This document shows, piece by piece, positions 10,331-21,028 of a DNA stretch of 64,000 nucleotides; within the stretch, counting starts at the first letter, position 1; each line of letters begins with the position of its first letter. The notes under the pieces were generated by a model, which was given only the letters and a program-made list of their open reading frames with translations, had not been told where the DNA came from and did no database searches. The DNA comes from a virus. Position numbers and translations under genes: made by a program. The DNA lies in IMG/VR virus record IMGVR_UViG_3300031963_000102, positions 5,732 to 69,731 of that record; one strand, 5' to 3'.

Positions 10331-13300
10331 TGCCAGCATTTAGGAACAGTGTCCCGTTGAACTTCGGTAATGTTGTGGTTCAACCAGTGCCATCTGCGTT
10401 GTCAACAGCGCCAGTATCCAACACAGCTGCCTCAACAGGTCTTGGGCTGTCTATAGCGACAACAACGGCGAACACACCCATTCCAGTCGCTCCCGTTGTT
10501 GGTACGTCAACCATTCAGTCAATAAGCAGCACACAGGGCAGTTTCCAGGCTGGAACGACTGTTGTTGCCAACACGTACTTGTCTCCTATTCGTGTGCTGG
10601 CCGGAATCTCTATTCCCTTCTTGCCTGCTCCTGTGGCTTTCACACCAAGACCGAACCCAGTTAGAAGGCTGACAGAGCAAGACGCACAAGAGGAAACTCT
10701 TTCGTTGGATACCTTCACGGTTCTCAACGGCACACCTGTTCAGACACTCAGTTCGCTGAGATGTGACATTGTGTCCATGGTGAACTTCAATCCCGTGTGG
10801 GACCAGTCAGGGAAGAACCTCACACGCTACGGCACGTACCTAAACGACCTGAACCAGAGCAGCATGGTTCGAGACACCATGCGCAAGTTCATCATTGTAA
10901 ACAAGGCGAGGGAGGACAGCCAACTACCCTCTGTTCTTGCTGCAATAGGAAACAGGATAGCTTCCGACTTGGAGAGCTCTAGGACAACCATGCAGCAGCT
11001 TGATGGTGTACTCCAGAAAGTTGCAGAGATAAACAGTGTGTTGGATGTGAAGACTCAGCTGAACAACAGCTACGTGTTCACAAACCCGTATTCTTCTCTT
11101 CCCAGGTTTTTCTCCTCGAAGATGCTGTTTTCCGAACAAGCGTACAACGTGTTCTCGGACACCAAGGTGCTATACCAGCTCTTGTTTGATGTGACCGGTA
11201 TGCTTGACAAGTGTTCTTTCAACCTGCTTTCTGGATTCACGGACCATGACAGGACAGTGTTTGTTCAGAACCCAAGAACGATCAAGAAGCAGACTGTGCA
11301 GGATGCAGTTACTCTTGACTTGACGTACGGAGACGAGTTGCGCTATAACTCTTCCGTTATCAGAGGCAAGTACGTTACGTCGTTTGTCACATATAACAGC
11401 ATCACAACCACACTGCCGGGACAGCCAGCTGACAGGTTCAAGTTCATTGTGAACTTGCTAAGTCGTGAACTCCGAGTCTCTCACGGGCTTGGAAGATACA
11501 GAATGCCAGAGTCAACCTTCTTCGGTTTTCGCAGCCAAGGAAACCCTTTCGACAACGTTGTGGGTTCTGTGCCTTCTGACATCTTCTCCGAGCCTGCAGG
11601 ACAAAACAGCCTTGCAGCCTTGTTCTACTTGAGAACATCTGCGCAGAACGCCGTTGTTCTTCCGTTTGAGAACAGGCAGGTAGTGTCAGATAATGAAACC
11701 GTGTTTGTTCCTGGTAGTGCTTACTTCTCGGATAGCTTGTTGAAGGGTGACTTCAACACGTACAACGCTTACAGAGAACAGTTCTCTACAAGAGTCACGA
11801 ACGCCAAGACCGTGTTCAACAGATTTCTACTGCAACAACCAACACAGCTAACGCAACTGGACTTGCTGAAAGTTGTTCTTGGGTTGTTCGAGCCTGCTGT
11901 CACGGGCATCAGGGCCATCAACAACGATCCAACGAACATTGCCAGCGTTGCTATGTTTGTTCTTGCTAGCTCGAATCCAATGGTAAAGTTTGAGCTCTAC
12001 AAGTTCTTGTTGCTGTTGTGCCTGTATGACACACGAGCAACAGTGGCGCAGACAACAAACCAAGTGGACAAGTTCAGAGAGCTGTTGCTTGGGGAACTTA
12101 GCGGTCAAACGATTCAGGGGTTCTCCTCAACCATCACAGAGGCTTCCATTCCGGGGTTGATTGCAACTCAGCTGGCAACTCTAAAGAACCTTGTCTTGGA
12201 CAACTTGCCAGAAGACCAAAGCATTACTGCTGCACAAGACACGAACACAACAGCAGATGGCAGAGCACTTACACAGGCCATACAGCTCGGTAGAATAGTT
12301 CCGGAAGCTAGGCCGGAAGTATCCAACCCAAGCAACAACGTGGCACAGGTTCCAGTAAGGCACCTAGAACAGTTGGCCGACAGCCTTAGAACACCAGGAA
12401 ACTTGTTTCGTGCGGTTGTTCAGGCGGCTAAGGCCATGTTTGCTACTGCAGCCGGAGACGGTGATAGCCCTCATCATCTTGTTGAAGGCACTTCAGCTAC
12501 AAGGATGAATGGTGTCACGCTGTCGAGTATGCTACAACTGTCGCTTGAATCGTTCGTTGCCTTGACGGAACTGTATTTGGCACCAAACACAACCATTGCA
12601 GTGTCGGATGGGCAAGGAATCAAGACCAGAAACTCACAGATAGTTCAGGTTGGTTTCGTTGGAAACGTTTTGAACGCAATATCGGACAACCTGCAGAAGC
12701 TTGTTTCCGGTGCTGCTTATTCTGACTCCATCCTAGAAGACTTCGAGACGAAGCTAAAGGATGAGGACACACAGATAACCAACGTTCTGATGTTCCTTGA
12801 CAGGCTGAACCAACAGCTGAGCAACGTCGTTGCACCCTCTACCGAAGAGCTGCAAGTTGTTTTGGAACAACGTAACGCCTCCGTGTCCACCACACTGGGA
12901 AGTACAAGAACTGCGAAGGGCATCCTCAAGGCCATCGAAGACAAGCAAGCTAGTGTAAACCCAACAGGGAACAAAACACTAGACTTTTATCTGCCTGCAG
13001 GTAAGGTTGTCTCGGACCAAGACTACGCTGCGTTGTTGGCGGCTACCAAGTCCAGCTTGTTTGTTGGAGGCAAGAAGAAGATTGCAACGGTCGGCATACC
13101 TGCAGGTTTCGTAAACGCTGCTCTAGGTGCTGGCCTGAACAAAAACGACTCATACACAGGCAAGCTCCAGGAAGCTGCCACAGATGTTGTCCGTGTGAAC
13201 ATGTTCAAGCTAGGAAAAAACGACGAAGGCGTGCTCTATAAACCACAGTCTTGGCTGTTCGACCTGTCCTTGTTTCCAAAAGGTTTCTCAAACACAGAGC

Positions 13301-13971
13301 TAAACGGGAACACAGCAACCATGGACAGCTTGCACGAACTGTTCCAGTTCTATGACTTCGATGAAGATGAACCATATTCTCAAACCACAGCTAAGACGGT
13401 AGGGTCTCTGTCGAACACAGACGTTTATTACAGCCAGTCTAGAGAGCGTCAAGTCCTAGCCTCAACAGTGACGAAGAACCTGCTAGTAAGCTTCCTGGTC
13501 AATCTGTATACCCATCTAGTGACAGGGCTGAACCTGTCGGAAGAAACGTTCATCAACTACACTCCCAGAGAGACGAGCAGGTTTACTAAAGAGCTTTTGG
13601 CCATGAGTAAGGGTGAAAGTTTTGAACCAACCATGGTAAAGCTCATGTCTCCGGAATATGGAGAGCTGTTGAGCAGGTTCTTGAGCAATCCTGACGAACT
13701 GAAGCTTATGCTAACCATGTGCAACGACATTCGGTCAACAGTGTTCAGAGGTAAGGAATACGACAGGGTTGTTCATGTGTTGTTCGATGCTGACAAGTTT
13801 CCTGTTGACGTGCTAGCGATGAATAGCACTGAAGAAGGCAGGGCGGCGCTTGGCTTGCTGCATAGCACTGGCATGCTGTATGAGGACAGCAGCACAGGCG
13901 AGACATATAGAGTTGGTACCGACTTCACTCTTGACCAGTATTTTATCACCGTGGAGCTAGAACAACAATGA
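10330..13971 (+). CDS. Large hypothetical virion protein
   Basis: Long ORF; start moved to ATG 10330 (TAATG overlap); P/T/S-rich N-terminus. Confidence 0.55.
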   Translation: MPAFRNSVPLNFGNVVVQPVPSALSTAPVSNTAASTGLGLSIATTTANTPIPVAPVVGTSTIQSISSTQGSFQAGTTVVANTYLSPIRVLAGISIPFLPAPVAFTPRPNPVRRLTEQDAQEETLSLDTFTVLNGTPVQTLSSLRCDIVSMVNFNPVWDQSGKNLTRYGTYLNDLNQSSMVRDTMRKFIIVNKAREDSQLPSVLAAIGNRIASDLESSRTTMQQLDGVLQKVAEINSVLDVKTQLNNSYVFTNPYSSLPRFFSSKMLFSEQAYNVFSDTKVLYQLLFDVTGMLDKCSFNLLSGFTDHDRTVFVQNPRTIKKQTVQDAVTLDLTYGDELRYNSSVIRGKYVTSFVTYNSITTTLPGQPADRFKFIVNLLSRELRVSHGLGRYRMPESTFFGFRSQGNPFDNVVGSVPSDIFSEPAGQNSLAALFYLRTSAQNAVVLPFENRQVVSDNETVFVPGSAYFSDSLLKGDFNTYNAYREQFSTRVTNAKTVFNRFLLQQPTQLTQLDLLKVVLGLFEPAVTGIRAINNDPTNIASVAMFVLASSNPMVKFELYKFLLLLCLYDTRATVAQTTNQVDKFRELLLGELSGQTIQGFSSTITEASIPGLIATQLATLKNLVLDNLPEDQSITAAQDTNTTADGRALTQAIQLGRIVPEARPEVSNPSNNVAQVPVRHLEQLADSLRTPGNLFRAVVQAAKAMFATAAGDGDSPHHLVEGTSATRMNGVTLSSMLQLSLESFVALTELYLAPNTTIAVSDGQGIKTRNSQIVQVGFVGNVLNAISDNLQKLVSGAAYSDSILEDFETKLKDEDTQITNVLMFLDRLNQQLSNVVAPSTEELQVVLEQRNASVSTTLGSTRTAKGILKAIEDKQASVNPTGNKTLDFYLPAGKVVSDQDYAALLAATKSSLFVGGKKKIATVGIPAGFVNAALGAGLNKNDSYTGKLQEAATDVVRVNMFKLGKNDEGVLYKPQSWLFDLSLFPKGFSNTELNGNTATMDSLHELFQFYDFDEDEPYSQTTAKTVGSLSNTDVYYSQSRERQVLASTVTKNLLVSFLVNLYTHLVTGLNLSEETFINYTPRETSRFTKELLAMSKGESFEPTMVKLMSPEYGELLSRFLSNPDELKLMLTMCNDIRSTVFRGKEYDRVVHVLFDADKFPVDVLAMNSTEEGRAALGLLHSTGMLYEDSSTGETYRVGTDFTLDQYFITVELEQQ

Positions 13972-15773
13972 CACTGGGAAGTTCTGTGCCGTCGCTGCCG
14001 GTCGCAGCTGTAGATGTGCCTGAGATATCGAGGTTCACGGCGACGTTTACCTACAACAGATTCACGCCAGACGAGCTAACGACCCCTGGAAAAAGGGTCA
14101 CGTCACCATTTGGCACCGTGGAGTTCTCCAGAACGGTACCTAGGTTCATCACACTGAACTGGAACAAGGTTCATGTTAGTTCTACCGGCAAGCTCAACAA
14201 GCCAATGCTCGATATTCAGTTGAAAGACTATCCCAACTCCATCGTTGATGAAGAACTTCTTTCACTGAAGAACTACAGCTACTTTCAGCAGCAAGAGACA
14301 GAGCTTGTTGCTCAGACACAGGTGTATCTGGACAAGCTGTACAAGCAGCTGAACTACAACACAACAAACGCTTCCTTGTCGGATGCCATTCGAGCTCTGC
14401 ACGAATCCACGCCCGAAGGTGTCTCTGGAGAGTTCCTGTCTAAGTACCTGTCTGTTGCGCTCAGCAAAACGCTGAAGATGCAAAGAAGAGATAACACAGC
14501 AACCAACTCCATAGAGCAACTCACAACCGTTGCACCGGTGTCGCACAAAGTGTTTGGTACCGTTCTTCATGAGAAGTTGCTGAATGACACTCTTACACCC
14601 ATAGACAAAGGGCTTACTTCCGGACTGCAGGGTACTTTTGACACGCAAGCCAGCGTGCGCCAGTACAGCAACAGGTTGAACGGCTCTCAGTACGACTTGA
14701 CGCTAGCCGATCCTGTTGTTGTCTCTACAACAGAACAGACGGTTGACACAGGACTAGTATACCAGTCGACAGGCTACACAATCGACAGATACAGAGTTGC
14801 ATCAACAGGAGGTCTTGTTGACAAGACCACTTTCTATGTTGAGCTTCCTGACACTGTGGAGTTTATCGACACAGAAGTGGTATACGGTCAGCGATACGTG
14901 TATGACATAAGGGTAGTCACGGCCATACAGACAATGAGCTTTAGCGCTGAAGAGAAAGTCAACGTAACAGCAACGTATCTTGTGGCAAGTAAGCCAGTCA
15001 GGCAATCCATAGAAACGGTTGACAACACACCAGCGGAACCACCAACGGACTTCTTCGTGCGCTGGGACTATGGCTCAAGGAAACCTGTTCTCACCTGGAA
15101 CTATCCCATTGACCCCCGAAGGCACATCAAGTATTTCCAAGTGTTCAGAAGGAAGAACGTAGGCAGACAGCGCCCAGTTCAACAGCCCTTCGAGCTTGTA
15201 AGGATGTACGATGTCAACGACCTTCAGAATGGTGAAGGTACGTACTACAGCAACAACGGAGAACTGTTCTCGTTTGTGCAGGGCGAAGGAAGCATCGACA
15301 GCAGCCTTGTTGTGAAGGTAAGCTCAACAAGAAACACGGAAGTCTTCACACCCACAAGCTATGTTGACGAAGAGTTCAACCCTGAAGACTACTACATTTA
15401 CGCAGTAGCAGCAGTGGATGCTCACGGCATAACAACGAACCTGTCAAACCAAATAGGTGTCAAGTTCAACGGGCAGAGAAACACCATAGACCGTGTTGAC
15501 ATATCTCAGCCAAATGCCCCCAAGCCATATCCGAACCTGTATATCAACCGTGATACTTTTATCGATACAATGAAGACCGAAGGTTATAGTCAAGTCACTG
15601 TTGTGTTCAACCCAGAATACTTGACTCTTCACAACGCTAGCGGAGACAACATGAACTTGCTAGCTATGGGTCCGGACAACTTCTACCGGCTACAACTCAT
15701 CAACACGGACCTTCAAGAAGATGCCATGGTGGATATCAAGATAACAGACAACAGAACGAACCCAACAAGGTAA
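13968..15773 (+). CDS. Putative virion protein with FN3-like domains
   Basis: EFIDTEVVYGQRYVYDIRVV; PVLTWNYP...KYFQVFRR...YYIYAVAAVDAHG. Confidence 0.6.
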   Translation: MTLGSSVPSLPVAAVDVPEISRFTATFTYNRFTPDELTTPGKRVTSPFGTVEFSRTVPRFITLNWNKVHVSSTGKLNKPMLDIQLKDYPNSIVDEELLSLKNYSYFQQQETELVAQTQVYLDKLYKQLNYNTTNASLSDAIRALHESTPEGVSGEFLSKYLSVALSKTLKMQRRDNTATNSIEQLTTVAPVSHKVFGTVLHEKLLNDTLTPIDKGLTSGLQGTFDTQASVRQYSNRLNGSQYDLTLADPVVVSTTEQTVDTGLVYQSTGYTIDRYRVASTGGLVDKTTFYVELPDTVEFIDTEVVYGQRYVYDIRVVTAIQTMSFSAEEKVNVTATYLVASKPVRQSIETVDNTPAEPPTDFFVRWDYGSRKPVLTWNYPIDPRRHIKYFQVFRRKNVGRQRPVQQPFELVRMYDVNDLQNGEGTYYSNNGELFSFVQGEGSIDSSLVVKVSSTRNTEVFTPTSYVDEEFNPEDYYIYAVAAVDAHGITTNLSNQIGVKFNGQRNTIDRVDISQPNAPKPYPNLYINRDTFIDTMKTEGYSQVTVVFNPEYLTLHNASGDNMNLLAMGPDNFYRLQLINTDLQEDAMVDIKITDNRTNPTR

Positions 15774-15822
15774 GAACTGGTTTTGCTACAAGAGCTAGTT
15801 ACACAGAGAAGAAAGACGGATT

Positions 15823-16524
15823 ATGGGATTCCTACAACCTGACACCTCAAACATATTCATGGATGCGATTGTGACCGACCTTGGCAGGCAGAAGCTAGCT
15901 CAAGGTACCTTCAACATCGTGAAGTTTGCTCTGGGCGACGATGAAGTTGACTACGGCATGATTACTCGGTATGGAAGGACCGTTGGTTCAGAACGCATTG
16001 AAAAGAACACACCTGTGTTTGAAGCTGTCATGAACAACAAGCTTGCCTTGGTGCATCCGTTGGTTTCTATCCCAGACCCAAACCGATATACCATGCCGAA
16101 GCTGTCCATAACAGCAACATCAGGCTTGACAGGAACAACCCTTGCTCTTGGCACAGGAGCAACCAACAAGCAGACGGTCATCATTCAACAGACTCTTACT
16201 GGCGGCGAACAAATCCCACAAGAGCTTGTTGACAATCAGTTCATGGTCACATGTGACGACAGGTTCCTGAGAATCATCGGAAGCACACCAACCGTGGACA
16301 GAAACCGTCAAGCCAGTTACATCGTGACAAGAGATGGTTCCTTGAGCTCGCAAGGTGGTTCAACTGTGAGCGTGCCTGTGAACGCCAAGGCAATCACTGA
16401 CGCACAGTTCTTGATGTTCGGGCAGCCAACAGACAAGACGGTTATCAGAACTGTCGTTCGTGTAACTGGCATGAGCACAGGTACAGTTGTTGAGTTCGTA
16501 GCACAAATCACCAAGAACGCCTGA
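15823..16524 (+). CDS. Putative baseplate/tail structural protein
   Basis: DAIVTDLGRQKLAQG..IVKFALGDDEVDY, a motif recognised from large-phage structural proteins. Confidence 0.6.
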   Translation: MGFLQPDTSNIFMDAIVTDLGRQKLAQGTFNIVKFALGDDEVDYGMITRYGRTVGSERIEKNTPVFEAVMNNKLALVHPLVSIPDPNRYTMPKLSITATSGLTGTTLALGTGATNKQTVIIQQTLTGGEQIPQELVDNQFMVTCDDRFLRIIGSTPTVDRNRQASYIVTRDGSLSSQGGSTVSVPVNAKAITDAQFLMFGQPTDKTVIRTVVRVTGMSTGTVVEFVAQITKNA

Positions 16525-16563
16525 GTTCTCGGAACTAAGCACTAAAAAGAGGAAACACACAGC

Positions 16564-17745
16564 ATGGCAACATTTCAGTTCTTCGACCTTCAAACAGACA
16601 AGCGTGTCCAGGGAGACGTGCTGGAACAGGTTCTTGACGTTATCGGCAATGATGTGTCGAGCTCAACTTCAAGGAGAAAGGCCCTTGTGTGGGTTACTGG
16701 TTCAGGCACAGGAACCGGTGTCACCTCTTCGTACGTGCAGACGGTGTTCGACCAGGACTACACCCTGCAGACGGCCAACCCTGTGTTCGACATCACGGTT
16801 GGACTGCACACAAGCTCACTTCTTGTTTCCAGGACAACAACCTCTTACGACAGCACGAACGACCAATACTACTTCCCATCGTCCTCGATGATGATGAGGG
16901 AGAAGATTGACCTTTATCGCACGTTCTCCCAACAGCTGCTTGGTTCGAAGAACAAGGCGTTCACATTTATCTCTGGTGCGTTGAACGGTACCGAGATCAA
17001 GGAAGCCGTGTTCGTGAGCTTCAAGAGACTGTTCTTCCGTGATCAGCTCAAGAGAGAGACGTTCGCTCTCAGGATGTTCTATAGCGGCTCTGCATACACA
17101 GCATCGCTCATCGCTCCTGGAACCAACGAGAAAATCTACACAGACCTTGGTTCCACATCGAATGTGAACTACAGCTTCCCCGGTGGTTCCGTTGGCACCC
17201 TTGTCGACACAGCAACAACCAGCTCTGTTGGACTCGTGTGGCACGATCAGGGTATCATCATCCTAGATGCCTCTAGAGTGTTCGATGCCACACAGAGCAT
17301 CAACGGCACAATCAAGAGCATCACAACAACAGCACAGCCCTTCTCGGGTTCGCTGTTGTCAAGTTCTGTCTATGGATACAACAGCCTGTTCTACAGCGCA
17401 TCGGTTGACGACATTCTGGATCACTTGTGTTCGACAAGGTTCACAGGCTCGGATGCAACGGTCATGGCTTTCGCCAACCAGACCAACATCAACTCGACTG
17501 TGTACTTCTGCAGACTTGCTGCAGACAGGTTCAACTACAGCAGCAACCCAACCTACACAGACAGCAACGGCAGGATTGTGGTGATTGATCCAGGACAAGA
17601 GGATATTCAGCGAGGCTTCACCTTCTTCACAACGATCGGGTTGTACGACGCAGACAACAACCTGTTGGCAGTGGGAAAGACATCAAGGCCCGTGTTCAAG
17701 TCTGTTCAAAGGGACTATCCGATCAAAGTTCGTCTAGACGTGTGA
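16564..17745 (+). CDS. Putative baseplate/tail structural protein
   Basis: C-terminal FNYSSNPTY...FTTIGLYDADNNLLAVGKTSRPVFK...VRLD. Confidence 0.6.
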   Translation: MATFQFFDLQTDKRVQGDVLEQVLDVIGNDVSSSTSRRKALVWVTGSGTGTGVTSSYVQTVFDQDYTLQTANPVFDITVGLHTSSLLVSRTTTSYDSTNDQYYFPSSSMMMREKIDLYRTFSQQLLGSKNKAFTFISGALNGTEIKEAVFVSFKRLFFRDQLKRETFALRMFYSGSAYTASLIAPGTNEKIYTDLGSTSNVNYSFPGGSVGTLVDTATTSSVGLVWHDQGIIILDASRVFDATQSINGTIKSITTTAQPFSGSLLSSSVYGYNSLFYSASVDDILDHLCSTRFTGSDATVMAFANQTNINSTVYFCRLAADRFNYSSNPTYTDSNGRIVVIDPGQEDIQRGFTFFTTIGLYDADNNLLAVGKTSRPVFKSVQRDYPIKVRLDV

Positions 17746-17746
17746 T

Positions 17747-20176
17747 ATGTCAATCCAGAGGTTCGATCCAGAAGACATTGAAGTATTCTCTATTGAGACA
17801 GCTCCCAGAACAGTTTTTGTTTCTGGTAGCTGGGGTACGTCTGGTTCTGCCTACATCTATCCCAGGCGTTCAACAGCCATAAAAGAGTACGATGTCAACT
17901 GGACCGTTGCTGAAGGCACACCGTCTGGTGCTTTTGCTCAGATCAACAACCTTGATGACGTTCTGAACCTTGCAAGACTGTCGCCGTCAACAACCGACAA
18001 GACTTCGTACATGAGGGAGTACCTCAACCGTGTTGGTTCACAACCTCAGAATTTGAGGAACGCTCAGAAGAAGAACATCGAGCGTTCAACTCCAGGAGTC
18101 AACCTTGATTCTGACATGACAAGGAAGTTCACCATCACGAATGCAGTGATGCCGTACTACGCCAACTTCGGAACGAACTACAACTTCGGATTCACCAATT
18201 ACAACTGCCTGAACTTCTTCACAGCAAGCTCTGTGCCTTCCAACACAGCCCTGCTGTATCCGATGTCAAGCTCTGCTGGTGCAGCAGGTAGCATTGTTAC
18301 GGCTTCGTATATTCCTTCTGGAGCGTTCAGCTTCGACTTCTGGATCAATCCCAAGTACACGACCGATAGTTCAGCTGCACAGTTCAAGGCTGGAACCCTG
18401 TTTCATGTTTCTGGGGCTTACGCTCTCAGCTTGATATCAGGTTCTTCAAGAGACACCAATGGTTTCGTCAACGGCTATAGACTGCTTCTGCAGCTGAGCT
18501 CAAGCACCACAACCAAGCCGTCCGCTATCAACCCCGCATCTCTTGCAGGGAACTCTTTCGTTTCCTCAGACAATGCACTGTCCAGAAACACATGGCATCA
18601 TGTGACTGTCAGATGGGGAACGAACAGCTATAACTTCGGTAGCGGAAGCTTCCTTGTTGATGGCGTTGAAGCTGGAACGTTCTACGTTCCTTCAGCCTCA
18701 ATAGCCCCAAGGTATGAGTCCGGGGTTGCTAACCCTGATATGCTGTGTGTTGGGAACTTCTTCGAAGGACCGAACGCTGGTGCTTCCTTGTCTGCTTATT
18801 TCTTCTCTGAAGCTGCACAGACAAGATATGGTGTGCCTGTCACCGGTTCTGCCTTCATCTCAAGCACGACTCAGGATGAACCAACTTCATATGCACTAGA
18901 GCATCCACTGAACGCTGAAGTGCATGAGCTCAAGCTCTATGAGCGGTTCCTTCCTGATGGTGAAGTGCTTTCGAGAAGCGCTGCTGGTGCTTCGCTGTCT
19001 GATACTACCTTGTTGTTCTATGTTCCACCTCTGTTCACGAGAGAGTCTCCGTCAAGAAGCGTTGATACCAACGGTGGAGTTGGTGGAGTCCTTGCTCATC
19101 CCTTCCAAGCGGTAGACGGGACAACAACTCATCCGTTCAACGTAGACCTTAGCTTCGACACAGGTGGACACTACATCAACCTGGAGAACTATTCAAGGGA
19201 ATTTGTTCAGGGCAACTATCCTAGGCTTATCAACCTGACCGGCTCAGCTATAACGGGGAACTCTAGACAGCTGACCGCCAATGGTTTCCTGTATGCCTCT
19301 GGATCGAATAGAAAGGCATCTCTAACCGTTCTGCCATGTGACAACGGACAGTTCGTGCCAAGTTACTATGAGCTCCTCAGAACGCTCAATACGAGCTCGT
19401 TCATAACAGATAAAGGCAACACGGCTCTCAACCTTGTCACACTCAAGAACATGTACTCACTGGATAGCATATATGACCTTGTGCCTCCTGTGAGTGGTTC
19501 TGATACCCTGAACACCGAAGGTTCTGGAAGTACCAGCATCATTGCTGCACTCTCCGGCTTCGACAGCACCAGTTCTTTCGGTACACTCAACCCTCAACGC
19601 ACACCAACCATCCTGCAACGTACACAAGAGAACGGTTCCCTCCAGACCGTCATGTTCAACGCAAGTAGCTTGTTCTACGGCAACAGGATAAAGCCAGGAA
19701 CGCTGTCCATAACTGATTGCAATATATCCAACAGTGCTGGAAAAGTTGGCATGACCCTCCGAGATGATGGATACGGTTCTCTCTACAGAGCAGATGGCAC
19801 AGGTAGCCACGCAACATGGAACTCCGTAGGTAACGTGTTCTATGACAACGGTATCGTTCTCCTCAAGAACCCAAGCCTGTACTTCTTCGGTGAGACAGGT
19901 TTCTCTTGTTCCTTCCAAGGCGAACGTAACATCCATGTCCTCAAGTTGGATATGTACGCCAACCCTCTTGAACTTGTTAGCTCAAGCAATCCCAGCTGGT
20001 CTTCAGCCCTGAGCGCCAGCTTGAACACGTCTGACTTCGATAACCGATATGTCTACATCACAGACCTGTATGTGCATGACGATAACCTCAACGTCATCAT
20101 GAAGACCAAGATGGCTCAACCGGTACTGAAGAGAACGGGTGAGAAGCTGAAGTTCTCTACCAAGCTGGACTGGTAA
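17747..20176 (+). CDS. Baseplate/tail protein with LamG-like domain
   Basis: FSFDFWINP, NTWHHVTVRW; C-terminus paralogous to 16564 (SSNPSW...YITDLYVHDDNLNVIMKTKMAQPVLK..KLDW). Confidence 0.6.
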   Translation: MSIQRFDPEDIEVFSIETAPRTVFVSGSWGTSGSAYIYPRRSTAIKEYDVNWTVAEGTPSGAFAQINNLDDVLNLARLSPSTTDKTSYMREYLNRVGSQPQNLRNAQKKNIERSTPGVNLDSDMTRKFTITNAVMPYYANFGTNYNFGFTNYNCLNFFTASSVPSNTALLYPMSSSAGAAGSIVTASYIPSGAFSFDFWINPKYTTDSSAAQFKAGTLFHVSGAYALSLISGSSRDTNGFVNGYRLLLQLSSSTTTKPSAINPASLAGNSFVSSDNALSRNTWHHVTVRWGTNSYNFGSGSFLVDGVEAGTFYVPSASIAPRYESGVANPDMLCVGNFFEGPNAGASLSAYFFSEAAQTRYGVPVTGSAFISSTTQDEPTSYALEHPLNAEVHELKLYERFLPDGEVLSRSAAGASLSDTTLLFYVPPLFTRESPSRSVDTNGGVGGVLAHPFQAVDGTTTHPFNVDLSFDTGGHYINLENYSREFVQGNYPRLINLTGSAITGNSRQLTANGFLYASGSNRKASLTVLPCDNGQFVPSYYELLRTLNTSSFITDKGNTALNLVTLKNMYSLDSIYDLVPPVSGSDTLNTEGSGSTSIIAALSGFDSTSSFGTLNPQRTPTILQRTQENGSLQTVMFNASSLFYGNRIKPGTLSITDCNISNSAGKVGMTLRDDGYGSLYRADGTGSHATWNSVGNVFYDNGIVLLKNPSLYFFGETGFSCSFQGERNIHVLKLDMYANPLELVSSSNPSWSSALSASLNTSDFDNRYVYITDLYVHDDNLNVIMKTKMAQPVLKRTGEKLKFSTKLDW

Positions 20177-20251
20177 CCTTCAGCTATCCCTACTCTCTAT
20201 AACCCTACTACTATTCCCATTATCTGTTACTATCCCAACCCCCTGAGAGTA

Positions 20252-20278
20252 CCTCTCTGGTAATGTTCCACTGGCTAG
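20252..20278 (+). repeat. 27-bp inverted repeat, left copy (CCTCTCTGGTAATGTTCCACTGGCTAG)
   Basis: Exact reverse complement of 46060-46086; the flanking CCCAACCCC is also shared. Confidence 0.95.
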
Positions 20279-20300
20279 GTAGAATACAGGAGAGAATCAT

Positions 20301-20786
20301 ATGACCCGTACTACAACAGTGACACGTAAGCGAAGGATAAAGGGTATAAAGGGTAGGAAGCGTAGGAGGAAGAAGCACTACCACACAGGAACACACCACT
20401 CACCCAAGTGTGCTACTCCTGTTGAGTACCGTTCAGGTTGGGAGAAGACGGTTGCTAAGTACCTTGACAACGATGCTTCGGTTGACAGGTACGAATATGA
20501 GAGCATCACCATCCCTTATGTGGTAAGAGGGAAAAACCGTTTATACTACCCAGACTTCCTGATATGGTACAAGGGACAACCTGGACCTGTGCTTGTCGAA
20601 GTAAAGCGGCAAGACAAGCTCACGGACCCTGTTGTCATAGCAAAAGCGAAAGCAGCACGAGAATGGGCACAGAAGAACGGAGCAACATATCAGATATGGA
20701 CGGACAAGCTGATTCAGAGCATAACTCTGCTGCTGGAAGCACAAGCAGTGTCGAAGAAGCAAAGTCAGGCGAAGGGGAACCCCTAA
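20301..20786 (+). CDS. TnsA-like PD-(D/E)XK endonuclease / T4 gp4-like head completion nuclease
   Basis: YRSGWEK..AKYLD...YEYESITIPY...YYPDFLI...VEVK; K/R-rich N-terminus. Confidence 0.8.
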   Translation: MTRTTTVTRKRRIKGIKGRKRRRKKHYHTGTHHSPKCATPVEYRSGWEKTVAKYLDNDASVDRYEYESITIPYVVRGKNRLYYPDFLIWYKGQPGPVLVEVKRQDKLTDPVVIAKAKAAREWAQKNGATYQIWTDKLIQSITLLLEAQAVSKKQSQAKGNP

Positions 20787-21028
20787 CTGTAGGGCAACTC
20801 TACACAGCGAGAACCATAGACTTTCGAAACTGTTCCTTTTCAGGTTTTGGATGGACACCAGGACCAAATGGCTTCGAAGAAATTGTGCAGTCCGTAGTCC
20901 TGTTGTCGATGTACCGTGACACGTATGTCACTCCAATCGACAGCTACATGGCGTGGCACTGTCAGTGTCTAAAGTCCGACGGAACAACAGGCGTGTTTAT
21001 GGCATCGGATCTCTATGCAAACCGATAG
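20696..21028 (+). CDS. Small hypothetical protein, probable SH3/Tudor-like family member
   Basis: LTVGQLY...CLKSDGTTG; start uncertain because it overlaps the nuclease gene. Confidence 0.4.
   Translation: MDGQADSEHNSAAGSTSSVEEAKSGEGEPLTVGQLYTARTIDFRNCSFSGFGWTPGPNGFEEIVQSVVLLSMYRDTYVTPIDSYMAWHCQCLKSDGTTGVFMASDLYANR

Noticed and set aside
16521-16540. Small hairpin AGTTC-TCG-GAACT after the 15823 gene
   Set aside because: The 5-bp stem has no U-tract and is too weak to call a terminator.
20301-20786. Tn7-like transposon bounded by the inverted repeats
   Set aside because: No TnsB/TnsC genes and no TGT...ACA ends. Solo TnsA-like genes next to structural operons match the gp4-like head completion nuclease.
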